Shown: positions 28,996-42,900, counted from the stretch's first letter. The stretch is DNA of 64,000 nt from Eledone cirrhosa (GCA_964016885.1 OZ024741.1:336970001-337034000), one strand, 5' to 3'. Made by a program: numbers and translations. Notes: generated by a model not told the origin, from the letters alone.

Positions 28996-29889
28996 GTGAA
29001 CCAGCTAGAATGCCGAGCCCTCAACACCTGCCATTCCCATACCTTCTTCACCCGATTTGTAGATGACATACTCATCCTTACATCATCCCGTGAGGAGGCA
29101 GATAAAATATACACAACATTCTCCAGCATGGACGCCAGTATAAATTTCAGCATGGAACACCCCGATGACCACGGATCACTATCCTTACTGGACTTCCAAC
29201 TCAGGGTAACAGAGGAAGGCAACATCCACACCTGCTTCTATAAAAAAGCCGCCAGCAGGGACCTGTTCGTACATTTCAGATCGGCCCTCCCAGCCGGCGC
29301 TAAGTTCGGATACATAAGGAACGAACTAACACGTATCCGGAACAAATGCACCGACGCTAGAGACCGAGACACACACACCACACATTTCCTGGAAGTACTC
29401 AAACTGAACGGATACACGACATCCACCACAAACCGTGCCAGAAAGAACAGAGGACACCACACCCGAGGCACTAACACTTGCTTCCTGAAGCTCCCACACT
29501 TCAGTGACGAAACAACAACAGCCATCTGCAGAGCTATCAGACGAGAGGGACTAGATATCCAACTGGTCCACTCAGGTCCTTCTCTACGCGGACAGCTAAT
29601 CAAAAGACACTCCACCAGACATGACAACTGCTGCAGGCTAGCCAACTGCCCCATCAACGACACAGACCTATGCCACCAGGCTTACGTCGTATACAGACTA
29701 GAGTGTGACAAATGCAGCAACTTCTACGTAGGTAGCACCACCAGACCACTCCACATAAGAATAAAAGAACACCTCAATACTAACGCTTCCTCATTTAAGA
29801 AACACCTAGTTAAATGCAAAAACACCGACAAAACCATAACAGTTAGGATAGAAACTAAGGAAAGAAACCTCGGCAATCTTAGAATTTAG
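28996..29889 (+). CDS. Penelope RT C-terminal half plus GIY-YIG endonuclease (truncated, stop near C-terminus)
   Basis: FTRFVDDIL, LSLLDFQL, CCRLANCPI, VVYRLECDKCSNFYVGSTTRPLHIRIKEH. Confidence 0.9.
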   Translation: MNQLECRALNTCHSHTFFTRFVDDILILTSSREEADKIYTTFSSMDASINFSMEHPDDHGSLSLLDFQLRVTEEGNIHTCFYKKAASRDLFVHFRSALPAGAKFGYIRNELTRIRNKCTDARDRDTHTTHFLEVLKLNGYTTSTTNRARKNRGHHTRGTNTCFLKLPHFSDETTTAICRAIRREGLDIQLVHSGPSLRGQLIKRHSTRHDNCCRLANCPINDTDLCHQAYVVYRLECDKCSNFYVGSTTRPLHIRIKEHLNTNASSFKKHLVKCKNTDKTITVRIETKERNLGNLRI

Positions 29890-30334
29890 GAAGCACTAAT
29901 TATAGACAAAACACAACCACCAATAAATAATAGACTAGAACTCAACACCCAATTTATAACTTGATAGAGCATCTAGCCCCATATTTACACTTCCCACACA
30001 CACACGCACACACACACACACACGCTTACACATCACACACACACATACACACACAAAGACCAGTTCTAACACGAGATAACATCTATCCCCCACATTTACG
30101 TATAGACATATCTTCTCACTCACACACACACACACACTCACATACTTACACCTTCATGCATTCTCCCACACACTTAAACAGACATGTAAAAAAAAAAAAC
30201 CTTTTAAAGGGAGACTACTCTTTATCCACCTAACCTAACTCTTTGACATTAGATATAGAACAGATACTCTATACCATTTCCTGTCAGCATGACTTGGCAA
30301 GCTATTTAGAACACTGGTTTAACCGCTTTACTTC

Positions 30335-30369
30335 CCTCCGAAGAAGAGATATTATCTCGAAAATTAAGG
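30335..30369 (+). ncRNA. Minimal hammerhead motif (U4C) in the PLE 3' UTR
   Basis: CCU-CCGAAGA-A-GAGAU-AUU-AUCUC-GAAA-AU-UA-AGG. Confidence 0.55.
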
Positions 30370-30483
30370 ACATTTAAATAAATCTAAGGTAAAAGACTAA
30401 TTGTCAACAATATCTTTTGCATTTGCATTCTTTATTCTATGTCCATACTTGCATTGTTTTGGCTTTATTATACATATACAAAC

Positions 30484-30570
<87 letters not shown>

Positions 30571-30801
30571 ATATCGTTTTTTACAAAAAACAATATAAAC
30601 AATTTTGAAACATAAGTTAAAACAGCTCAAAATACAGTAATTTATTATAATGAATAGTATAAAAGGCTGTTTCATACTTTTTAAAAATAGTTTTTCAAAC
30701 ATTCATGCGTAGAAAATCGTGTTGTGTTAAAAATAATAATTACGCATGAAGTAAATTATTCATTAAAGTAATTACCAAATACGTTTTTACATTAAATATT
30801 G

Positions 30802-30842
30802 ATTTACGAACGTTTCATCCTCTTCCTGGGACTTTTCAAAAC
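30802..30842 (-). ncRNA. Hammerhead motif with U3-A8 core variant
   Basis: GUU-UUGAAAA-GUCC-CAGGAAGA-GGAU-GAAA-CGUUCG-UA-AAU. Confidence 0.5.
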
Positions 30843-31706
30843 TAGTTATTTATAAGTAAATGTCTTGTTATGAAATTCACCAAACCACCCAACAATCAGC
30901 AGTCAGAACAACGGATTCTTAACTTGAGTGAGGTTGTGCTGAGAACGGAAGTGCATATGAGATGACATCGACAAGGGAGACATCTTAAGTTAGACTCTTG
31001 GGAGGGAGAGAATTGAGTTTATTTTGGGTAGAATTAGTCTGGGTCCGTGTAGTTACTTAACAAATATTTTTCTGCGTGAGGGTAGCGATTAGAAAAATCA
31101 GATCTTGAATTGAGACAGGTACAATTACGTAATCTCTGCAAGAGATAACCAGAGTACTCGATACTTGGGGTAGTAGAGCGTGTTCCTGAAATGCTCATAT
31201 ATTTAACAATATCAATAAGGGTTATGGTATCAATAATGATATGACGAAGACGGCGTTGATATAGTGGTGAACTCTTAGTATTTTGTGAATTGGCGAACAA
31301 CTGAAATAAGATAGAATGAGAAGATACAATAAATTGAATAAGAGTAGGAATCTGAGTATGATTTCAAATTTAATGTTTATAGGGTTCTTTTTTTAGTTTT
31401 GTGATTTCCACTGATTGCGCTAAACATAGTCAACACTTTCCGTGGCGCAGAGAGTCAGGGGCCGCGTCTCTACCTATATTTTAGTCTCCAGATCAAGTCA
31501 GCCAACCTTCTACAGGAGCGTTTGCTCTTGTTTTTCATATATCCACACAAAGAAACCAAGCTGACCGGCTAAAAGGACGTGCTTTAGCCACACATTAAAC
31601 ATCTATTGTGAATACCATTAACATCACACGTAATGAAAATTATGACTTGTTGTCATTGGTACCGATACACTATTCGATTTCTGTTACTAAAACAGACCTC
31701 TTAAAC

Positions 31707-32118
31707 CAGAGGTTCTCAAACATTTTGCCCCCCCCCCCCCCTCCACGGTCACGTAATACCATCCTTGGCCTACCCCTATTTCCAGAGAGACCTACCTACC
31801 CACAAATTTTAAATAATATATAATAAATAAAATCGCAAATTTATATATAATATAATTGTTTCTACTTTTGACACAAGGCCAGCAATTACTCCAATGCATG
31901 TCTGGTATTTTATTTTATCGACCCCGTAAGGCAATGTTATATTAAAATAATATAATATATACTATGTATATATATATATATATTTATTTTACTATATTTA
32001 TATATAATACGTATCATTTGATATTTAATATACTATTATATCAATTCTACCGACACCTTACACCACAACACCCTGGACCCCCGGGTGGAGGGGGTAGCAT
32101 CCACTTTGAGGACCTCTG
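31707..32118. mobile_element. hAT (Charlie-like) MITE with an internal SINE fragment
   Basis: TIRs cagaggttctcaaa / tttgaggacctctg; degenerate 8-bp flanks tcttaaac / ccttagag. Confidence 0.65.
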
Positions 32119-32219
32119 CCTTAGAGCTTGTAATTTTTTCCTTCACTTTTGTTTATTTTCATTTTTATTATCACTATCAACATCGGAACCATTATTATTA
32201 TTATTATTATTATTATTAT

Positions 32220-35200
32220 AGTTGCATTTATCTTGCTTTATGTTCATACGAGTTATCACCAAGTCACAACCAGTGACGTCAACAGACAACAAGGTCCGCC
32301 ATGTTCAAGAAAGAACATACATACACACACATGCATCTTTATGTGTTTAGACTTGTGATGTACTTATATTGACAGAATCTTCCTTAGTATATGGGCAGTT
32401 CCCATTAGTACTATCTTTTGTATTTCTCCTATACGCGGGTTTCCTGGGATTTGCAATAAGTAATCATTAGACCCCTTAGGTATCATTCCTAGAGCACCTA
32501 CAACCACTGGTATTGTTTTAGTTCTCAATTTCCACATTTTTCCAATTTCTATCTCCAGGTCCTTATACTTGCTTAATTTTTCAAATGTTTTTATAGATAC
32601 ATTCTTGTCTATTGGAACGGACATATCAATTAGCAGGCATACCCTCTTTTTAAAGTCCTTCAGTATTATATCAGGTCTATTTGCATCTATTTTTCGGTCT
32701 GTTTGGATGCTAAAGTTCCACAAGATTGAGATGTGATCTTTTTCAAGTATAAGAGGTCGTTGATGCTCCCACCAATTCTTTTGATGGGGCAGGTCAAAAT
32801 GCTTACACATTATCCAATGTATGTATTGTGCAGCTCTGTCATGCCTGTTTAGGTATTCGGTTGGAGCTATAGGACTGCACATTGCAATTATATGATCAAT
32901 GGTCTCTGGTTGTTTTTTAAATAAACGGCATAATGGGTTGCATCCATTTTCATTATGTTGGCTTGGTAATTTTTTGTTGGCAGACACTGATCTTGTGCTG
33001 ATATAATCTGTCCTTCAGTCTCCGATTTCAGTCCAGAGGATGCCAACCACTGATGGGTTAAAGTTTTGTCAACATCAGGATTGTTAGCTCTTTCTGGGTA
33101 TTTTCCATACAGAGGATTTTCTTGCCATTTCTTAGCCAGTTTCTGTAGCAGTTCTTTCTTTGCAGTTACTTTTACCTGCTTTGCTTTTTCTGTGTTTTCC
33201 ATTTCAGCAGTAAATGGGACTTCTGCAATTTGTATTCCATTACTGTATCTTCGTGCATCTTTTGTAATGGAGTATGATCTTTTGATGCTTTCGTGTTTCA
33301 AAACGAGTTTGATCATCCAATCATGTGATTCCCTTAGATATGTAGATAATCCAATTGTTGCAGTTTTCAACGCAATATCTAACTGGATTAACCCACGTCC
33401 TCCTTCTTTCCTAGGGAGATATATTCTATCTGTATCTGCCTTAGGGTGATGTATTCTGTTCATGGTTAAGAATTTTCTAATTTTTGTATCGAGCCTACGG
33501 ATCTCTGTGCTTGACCAGTTGATGATATTGTAACTGTAGATTACTACTGGTATGGCAAGCGTGTGTATGGCATCGATCCTATTCCTTGCATTTAATTCCG
33601 TTCTTAAGATTGCTCTTACTCTGCGGTAACATTTCTTCCTTATCCTTTCCCTCATTGTCGAGTGCTTGATTCCGTCTCCTTCACAAACACCTAGATATTT
33701 GTAAGTTTCCTCTTGATCAAGTTCTATTATCACATTCCCCCGATCAAGATCAATGTCTGACCTTTTCAGCAGCTTTCCTCTGGTGAACGTTGCTTTGGCG
33801 CATTTATCTAGTCCAAACTCCATTTTAATGTCATGACTGAACTGTTCCACAGTGGATTTGCCCTTGCAATTGTTCATCATTTTTTGCAAATAGTTTCAGG
33901 TCATCCATGTAGAACAAGTGATTAATGGTTTTGTCATAGACTTTATATCCATGTTTTGTTTCATTGAGTATTTTACTTAATGGTATAAGTGCGATGCAGA
34001 ATAAAAGCGGTGATAAAGAGTCACCCTGAAAAATTTCACAATTAATATTAACTTCGCCAGCTTCCAGTGATTTTTTTTCACTTTTCAAAAGGAGTGTCGT
34101 TTTCCATGTCTTCATACTGAATGACAGGAACCTCCTGACAACGGGAGATATTTTGAAGATCTCTAAAGATTTTTCAATCCAACTGTGTGGCAAACTATCG
34201 AATGCTTTTTTATAATCTATCCAAGCAATCGATAGATTTTTGTGTCTATTATGACAATCTTCCAGTATCATTTTGTTAACCAAAAGCTGATCCTTACAGC
34301 CGTATGAGCCTCGTTTACACCCTTTCTGCTCATTGAGAAATAGATAATTTGTTATCAGGTGGTCATATGTATATTCAGTTAGGACTGATGTTAACATTTT
34401 ATACATTGTGGTCAAGCAAGTTATCGGTCTGTAATTTTTGGGATTGTTTGTCTCTTCATTCTTCGGAAGCAGGAATGTAATGCCGTTAACTAGCCATGGT
34501 GGTACCTTTTCTGGCTCCTTAACTATATAGCGAAGAACTCGCGGTGTATGAATGTAACAAGGAGACATGGTTTGTGTGTATAATATTTAATCAACAATTT
34601 AACAGTATAGTTGACATGTCAATGAATAAACGAAAGAATGAAGCAAAGTTAGTAGTTACCGTTTTGATTGCCAGGCAAACGCAGGCTGGCAGAAGACGCC
34701 TGGCGAAGGCCAGGCGCCGGAAGGGCAAATGAGAGAGTGAGAACTTAAAGTTGTTAGTTTTATAGGGTTCTGACCGGAAGTTACAGAAAGGGTTCTACTT
34801 CCCGTCTAGATGTTGTTAATCTATTGGGGTTGTGAGTCACAACAAGGGAGACAACTGCTACAACTATTTCATTGTAAAGTTGAGCTAACAGCTCATGAGA
34901 CTCTGTGAGAGCATTTATCCAAAAATTTGGTATTTTGTCTTTTCCTGGGGATTTCCATTTGCTGGTTTTTCTGAGAGCCAAACGCAACTGTTCAACTGTT
35001 ATATTTTCCCATATTTGTTCTTCAAGGTGAGCTGTATCTTTCATTTGTCTGTCTATCCATGGGGCATGTATATTATGAACTTTTTCTTCGGCCCAGATCT
35101 TTTCCCAGAATTCTTGCACTTCCTCCTTGGGTGGTATTGATTTAGCAGTTATTGTTGACTTGCCAATTTTTCTGTAGAAGTTTCTTTGGTTGTTTTTGAG

Positions 35201-36540
35201 CATATTATTGTCCTTATAGAATCTAGATCGTTTTTCAAAGCGTCTTATACGAGCAGCTTTGGCTGACACTTTTTGCTTGATTATTTCTATCAGCATGTCT
35301 ATGTCACTTGTTGATTTTATACTGTATTTTCTTTTCAATTTTCTAAGTTTAGTTTGTTTAACATGTTCACCTACTTTGTAGTTTGTTAAAATTTCTATGT
35401 CAGATCGGAGGTTTATTTGGCGATTGATGTTCTCTTGCCAAGTAGATTTCTTGTGGGAATTCCTTTGTTTTTTCATTTTCACTCCACATAAGTGAGTGGT
35501 GACTTTAGCCGATGCATAATAGAGATGATTTAAATCAGTAATGTTTAGTTTGTTTGTGATGATAATATTTTTGAGAATTATGTTAGTCTTGTGTATTATC
35601 TTTTGGTTCTGTTTGGAGTTCTGGATCTTAGGGAGGGTGTCTCGTTCCCCCATGTCAGATTCTTTCATTTTCATCCATTCGATCATAATTTCATCCTTCA
35701 AGTTGGCAAGTTCATTCTCATTCATTTCTTTATCATTTACGATCTCATTGTTTTCATTTTGAGTTTCATCTTGAGCATGCACTTCCCCACTTTTTCGATC
35801 CTTTCTTTAATTTGTTCTGTTGTCAGTGATTCCGCCCAATCCTGGGATTCGAAGTGTTACAATTTACTTCGTTTTCACTGACACATGTTTCAATTTCCCT
35901 TCGCTGACTTTGTGCTAATAGTTGATCTGATCAATTTCTATATCAGTTAGTAACTTTTTTTTTACAATATTTCTTCGTATATTGGCTAGTTTCTTACTGT
36001 CAATATAGCCTCTGTTTTCGGGATGTTTCTTTTTCCAGTTGATATATGTCTGTTCTGTATTCGATCTATTTGATGGGTAGTACATGGTAGTGTAGAAAGC
36101 CTCAAGGACTTCTTTATTGTCTTACCTTGACCATTTTTCTCTCTTTTTCTTTGGATTTCTTGGTAGTGAGCATGGAGGGCCAACAGTAGGAGTATTCCGG
36201 TTGTGGGAGGTCTCCAGCTCCGAAGTGATAGGAAGGTTTGAACCATTAGCTGATTTTTAGACCCCAGTCTGGTTCCTCTCTGAGGGACGCGGCCCTTTTT
36301 GACCCGGGTGACATCCGCTCCGGTATGAGATTTTATCATTTGACATTTACTTTATTTTGTCGCGTTTTATCCTTAACCGCCAAGGGGTAATCATTTCGTG
36401 TTACCACTTCTAGGACGAGTGTCAACCAAGACTAGAGGGGTCGTCCTCCCCTAGAGACACGGCTATTCCCCGCCGGCCTCCATCCCGGTATTTCTTGGTC
36501 ACGGTGTTTTCTTTTTTGTTGTTTTTTAAATTGTTATTAT
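32220..36540 (-). mobile_element. R4/Dong-clade non-LTR retrotransposon (RT + restriction-like endonuclease), near full length, frameshifted
   Basis: WIDYKKAFDSLPH, QGDSLSPLLF, HLFYMDDLK, CRL..ETIDHI..C, RHD, NRPD; 3' end runs into (TAA)n. Confidence 0.93.
34526..34862. mobile_element. Solo LTR (Gypsy-like) inserted in the Dong ORF
   Basis: Ends TATAGC (TG>TA) ... GCTACA, 4-bp TSD ACTA; removal restores YNEIVKEPEKVP. Confidence 0.75.
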
Positions 36541-37431
36541 CATGAGTGGTTCCTTAATGTGAGCATTGCGTGGCTTAAGAATGAAATTATTATTAATAAT
36601 ATAATATACTTTTTTTAAAAGTTGCCTGTTATTGTTGTTGGCTATGTCGGTGGTGGTGCTGGGGCTTTTTTCTATTGTTGGTGAGGAAGGGGGGAGCCAG
36701 CAGTGCCATAGTCGTTGACATTTGACCGGGTCACTAAGTCAGTCTATTTATATCTTTGCTAGCCTCTCCCTTGTCTAGTGATACCACCACCTTCCCCTTT
36801 CTTAAGTTAACAGAAGGTAATGGGGGAATAGTGGTGATAGCAATGAAGGAGTGGTGGCGGCGGTGATGGGATAGTGGTAGCAATGATGGAGTGGTGGCGG
36901 CGGTGACTATAGTGATGGCGTTGTCGTTATTGAGTTTTGTTGAATAGACTGTAGTAATATGCATTTGTTTGATCTGTGTATCTATGCGGTTTGCGCGTAT
37001 GTTTAATATATGTGTTGACATATTATCCTAATATTTGAATTAAACATTTTGAGAAAACTTGAGATACAATAATAGTAATTATTATTATTATGCTGGGATT
37101 GGTGGTGGTGGTGGTGGTGAAATTGCCGTTATCTGGCTGTTGTATTTAGTGTACACAGAAGGGTGATGGGATAGGTGATGTATCTAGTTTGTTGTGAAAT
37201 TGCTGTTATTTGGCTGTTCTATATAGTGTAGACAGAGGGGGTTTTCTTCCATTTATAACCATTTTCTTTTTTGAATATAAAATTTGTAATACAAAATTGA
37301 ATATTTGAGCGATATAACAGGATATTATGGATCCGAATATCCTGAGAGCTAAGCGTGGCGCTTTATGTCCCATTTGTACAACGAATTGTTATATCACAAT
37401 TGTTTTAAATATGTTAAAAATCAAAATCAAA

Positions 37432-37488
<57 letters not shown>

Positions 37489-37950
37489 GTTCTTTGAGTC
37501 TCAGTCATTGATATTAGTTAACTGGAAAGTTTGTTGAAATGAATATCAAGCCACTACCTGTAGCCTCAGATATTCAGGACGTATCGGAGGGTTCTTGGTG
37601 TTCCCAGCAAGCATGCCTTTTGAAGCGTTCCAAAAAGCGTGGCGGGGCCAATTTTCTTTAACCATCTCGGGAAACTTTTTGAGATAGTACCTAGTGCGCC
37701 TATGACAATCGGGACCACTTTGACTTCATGGCAGTTCCAAATCCGTTTTACCTCCCACTTTAAGTCCTGGTATTCGTTAATTTTCTCCCTCTCCTTCTCT
37801 TGCACTCTCGTGTCGAATGGGCAGGCCACATCCACAATCAGGCACGATCTTTTTTCCTTGTCCAAAACCACCAGGTCAGGTCTATTGTGTTCCAGTTTCT
37901 TGTCCGTCTGTATCCTAAAATCCCACAGCACCTTCACCTGATCGTTTTCT
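37489..37950 (-). mobile_element. 5'-truncated R4/Dong element (REL domain) of a second family
   Basis: KVLWDFRIQTD...HNRPD...KINEYQDL...PIVIGALG; (ATT)n on both flanks. Confidence 0.9.
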
Positions 37951-37987
37951 ATTATTATTATTATTATTATTATTATTAGCCTTTAGG

Positions 37988-38172
37988 AAGGTGGTTGGCA
38001 GTATCGGTAAAGCGTCAGCCACCATTGCAGTATAGAGTTATGGCCCTTTACGTTCTGAATTCAAATCAAGCCAAGGTTAGCTTTGCCTTTCATCCTTACG
38101 GGTTCGATAAAATAAAGCACCAGTAATGCACTGGGGTAATTTCTGGCCTTGTGCCAAAAATAGAAACAATAT
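37988..38172 (+). mobile_element. SINE
   Basis: tggcagtatcgg A-box, ttcaaatc B-box-like, conserved core. Confidence 0.8.
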
Positions 38173-38683
38173 TAGCCTTTACCGGCACATTTTAAATTTT
38201 ATTTTCTGTTTTCATTTCCCAATTTATTTATTATTTTTATCATTATTTTTTGCATCATTAGCACACTTTAAGTTTTACATCTTTTGTTTCCTTACACATT
38301 CTAATTTTCCCTTTATTTATCATTTTTATTTAAACGTTTTAATGTATATTTTTAACATATTTTTTTACCTTTTACGTTTGAAAGTTTATAATTTTATTAA
38401 TTAATTTTAACCTTTATGCTCCACCCTTTAAACGTAAGCCTACTTGTATTGCCCCACCCTTTCCAAACCCACGAATAACTGTATATAAACAAATATCGGG
38501 ACCTCTCTCAACAGTTTAGATGTGTCTTTGCACATATTAGCTCGCTTATTTGACGAGATTGCGAAAACAGGTCGAGCTCCGTCAACTTGATTGTACCCTG
38601 AGCTGATAAATATTAAAACAATTGTAATATGTAAATAAATTCTGAACATATGTTGCACCACTGACTTCGGTTCTTTTATCTCA

Positions 38684-38745
<62 letters not shown>

Positions 38746-38749
<4 letters not shown>

Positions 38750-38861
38750 GAAAAAGTATGACCCCGACGGCAGAGCACAAGCCGTTTCGACGGCTATTTC
38801 AGTTCAGAAATAGCCGTTGAAACGGCTTGAGCTCTGCTGTCGGGGTCATACTTTTTCCTAA
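38746..38861. repeat. ~115-bp hairpin; relatives at 57050-57105 and 62890-63012
   Basis: ttaggaaaaagtatgaccccgac...gtcggggtcatactttttcctaa, adjacent to shared ctactaccctaagtattgagtactctggtgcgttatggtcca. Confidence 0.85.
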
Positions 38862-38955
38862 TTCCCACTCTACTACCCTAAGTATTGAGTACTCTGGTGC
38901 GTTATGGTCCATCTGGTTCCTTACCACAATTCCTTTGGTATATATATATATATAT

Positions 38956-39260
38956 ATAAACGGAAAAAATGAAACGAAATTTCATTTCTCACTCTTAGTA
39001 CGGCTGTTACTTAAATATAAGTATGTATACGTACATACATATATGTATACAGACGTACAGTAGTATGTATATATATATATACATACATGCACACATATAT
39101 ATATGTATACATATATGTATGTACGTATACATACTTATATTTAAGTAACAGCCGTACTAAGAGTGAGAAATGAAATTTCGTTTCATTTTTTCCGTTTATC
39201 GTTTTCGGTACCCCGGCCGATTAACTCACTCGATGTGCAAATTAGGCTGCTCAGCCGTTA
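38956..39260. mobile_element. Foldback related to the 469-bp retrozyme-like monomer
   Basis: Inverted arms 38956-39050 / 39105-39199; gtgagaaatgaaatttcgtttc...tttatcgttt...gtgcaaattag parallels 60423-60523. Confidence 0.6.
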
Positions 39261-39833
39261 ATGTGCATAAGGAAAGTTTATACTTTCAGACGTTTATACT
39301 TTCGACACAAACATTCAATTTATTTCAATAGAAAGTTTGAATTTTGATACCTCAGCACATCAGCATACTCACTGAACCAGAACGATTTCCCCCCTCCCAT
39401 TTCTTGACCATTATCCTTTGTTTGGCACAAAACTCTCTATGACAAATCATGTGACTGTGAAAATGGCAATACAGAACCCCCAAACAATACAGAACCAACC
39501 AAATTACATTTATAAAATGCCAGTAGGGGGATGAAACGTCCGTAAATCAACATTTTATGTATTAATCGTCTTTGGTGTTTATTTAAATGTAGAATTTATT
39601 TCTAGTGTAATTGCTATTTTTAGCACGATAGGATTTTGTATACATGCCTTTTTGAAAAATTCTTTCAAAGTGGTATGATACATGGACTTTTGTATTGCTG
39701 TTCATAATAAGTTACTCTATTTTGATTTGTGTCTAACTTTTCCACCTATCTTTATAACACCTTATATTGCTTTTGTCAAAAACGACATTTATATCTTATA
39801 TATATACACATAAACACACATATATATATATAC

Positions 39834-39869
<36 letters not shown>

Positions 39870-40397
39870 ACTAGAAATTGATTGACATATAATTAGACAT
39901 ATGAAACAATCACAGGGGATAATTTGTAAAAGTGTGTAAGCACACATAGCTACGGAGGTAACTAAATAAAGTTTAACTAGAACTTCAAAAATAGATACCT
40001 TATAATTTGATTAATCGCCCTCGTATATATTCCATTAAAGAAATATATTTCACCAATTAATCGATTGGTAAACGACAATAGCCAGATCCTGGATTTTCAA
40101 CAAGGAAGAGGTCCAGCCATCTGTGTTTACGCATCAAGTTCAAATCAGCGACTGGCCAGTAACACGTGCTGTATCTACTAAAAATACACACATCATACCA
40201 GCTTCGTCCCAGTGGCGTGAATAGGGTTATCGACAACTAGAAACAGCAGTCAAGTCCTTTCAACTGATATAAAATGTTCGGATCTACTCATTAGAATCTT
40301 GGAGCATATTTTACGGGTGATATGGCGCATGTTTATCTAGCATGACACCCTTAATTTAATTTGATTTAATTTAATTTAATTCAATTTATCTTAATTT

Positions 40398-40457
<60 letters not shown>

Positions 40458-40679
40458 ATTTAATTATGTCTCATATAAAATAATACAACTGACTATCCGC
40501 AAAATACGTATAGTTAGCACCCCAAACGTATAATTGGAACTATACTAAGGTATATCCTAATGTTTGATGAGTGAGACGGAAGTCGGTCGGAGTATTGCTT
40601 AAAGCTTTCTCTGTTAATGTATAAAATATATATATATACAAAAACACAGACATATATAGACACATATATATATACACAT

Positions 40680-41120
40680 ATACATTGAGGAAATCTAACG
40701 AAGCTACACCAAGAGGATTGCCACGATGAAAGGAACTACTGGGAGAGGCTAAAAGAGCTGAAACTCTACTCCTTGGAACGAAGATGGGAGAGATACGCAG
40801 TGATATATATATGGAATAAACTGGAGGAACTAGCACCAAACTTTGGCATTGAGAGCTGGTCCAACCCTCAAACAGGACATCACTGTGCCCATGGTCCCGA
40901 CTTTCATATCTAGAATAAGGAGCAGATATTGCAATAGCCTGGGGTTCAAAGACCCTCAGTTCTTCAACAAGCTGCCAAGAAATTTGAGAGATCTGCATGG
41001 TGTGGACGTGGATGTTTTCAGAATCCCGGATGAGCCCTCAGCATGGTATGAGGGTAATCTATGGCTGGAGATAGAACGTGTAGCAACAAGGGCGGTGCCC
41101 CAGCATGGCTGGAACAGGTA
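40680..41120 (+). mobile_element. CR1/L2-group LINE 3' fragment
   Basis: LKELKLYSLERRWERYAVIY...SRYCNSLGFKDPQFFNKLPRNLRD...IPDEP. Confidence 0.75.
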
Positions 41121-41126
41121 AAAGAG

Positions 41127-41187
<61 letters not shown>

Positions 41188-41882
41188 AGCGCGATGCAAT
41201 TTTTAGCCCTCCGTTCTTCAGGAGCGAACGGAAACTGGATGAATAAAGGAGAGTTCCAGATAATTTACAATTCAAAATTCTAGAAGACCAAAGATTATTA
41301 TTATTATTATTTATTTATTTATACATTGCTAAGTACATTTCATAGCGGCCAGAGTACCCCCATGATATTTTAATTAATTGTTTCTACTTTGGGCACAAGT
41401 CCATCAATTACCCCAGTGCATTACTGGTGCTTTATTTTATCGACGCCGTAAGGATGATAAGCAAAGTTAACTCCGGCGGGATTTGAAATCAAACCGTAAA
41501 GGGCCGTAACTTTATGCTGGAAAGAATGGCGTTCGACCCTCTAATGATAATATGCACGTTAACTTTATACTCTAAAAATTGTTGTTCGTTTGAATGCGTA
41601 GGAAAAATAATAGTCGTATTTATTGTTTTGAGCATTGTTTTCCATAGCGACGTTGGACATATTCAAATGTAAACATTTTACCAGTAAGGTAACTTTTTAT
41701 GAGAAAAAGATTGTTGAGGTAATAATGTTTCTTCTCTGTTTTATTAAATCTGATAAATCAAATTATTGGGTTATATAATTATTTAACTAATAATTAATTA
41801 TGTATCCTGTAAGATGGAAGAAACGTACATTAATTAAAATATTATATGATTAACTGTATTTTATTTAATTTTCAATTTTATA

Positions 41883-41928
<46 letters not shown>

Positions 41929-41957
41929 TACATATACATTTATATATATATATATAC

Positions 41958-42015
<58 letters not shown>

Positions 42016-42046
42016 TACATATACATTTATATATATATCATATATA

Positions 42047-42531
42047 CTAGCAGAAAAACCACCCGAAAGGTGGCTTTCTTCTAGCATGTGTAGTGTGCAT
42101 ATTGATATTATACGCAAATATACATACATGTAGATATGATATGTCAAATAAAATCGTAATGAACAATATGCACAGAAATTGAACGAAGTCTGTTACACTG
42201 TCTTCTGTAACCAGTAAAATAATCCATGGTACATTAAAAAAAGACGTATTATATATAAACTGCATTAAGAGAAAATTAGCGACGGAAATATATGCGATGT
42301 TTTTATAAGTGTCATATTATAACCGGAAGTGTTTACATTTGAACATTTTAAAGAAGTGAATCTTTAAATAAGCAATAAAATATATTTAATCAAGTGTTAC
42401 GAAATTTAGTAGATAAATTATGTAATATTCATTCATTATTTATTCAAAGTAATCCAACTTATTTTACAAACGGGGTAAAAAAAGTATATTCTGGACGCTG
42501 TCGCGCACTCCTTTCTTTATTATAGTTAAGA
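42047..42531 (-). mobile_element. Non-autonomous Helitron-like element
   Basis: Minus strand A|TCTTAACTATAATAAAG start; 3' hairpin gccacctttcgggtgg then CTAG|T. Confidence 0.6.
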
Positions 42532-42609
42532 TTTACATACATATATGTATATATACATACATAAATACACACATACACACACACACACACGCACGCACGC
42601 ACACACGCA

Positions 42610-42726
<117 letters not shown>

Positions 42727-42900
42727 GAATGTATATATAGTGTATTTTGCAATACACTGTATGCTTAATAAAAAAGCATTTTGAAGACCTTATGCTATTG
42801 TTTTAGAGTAGTGACAGACTCACTTTAATTTCAGCAAACAGGGATGAGTAGTCTATAAGAACCAAAACATCCAGGTTCTCAGCAAACGGGAGGAGTAGTT

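Larger units (their letters stand above)
28903..30490 (+). mobile_element. 5'-truncated Penelope element with inverted 95-bp terminal repeat
   Basis: 28903-28997 is the reverse complement of 30396-30490; contains an RT/GIY-YIG ORF and a 3' HHR-like motif. Confidence 0.92.
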
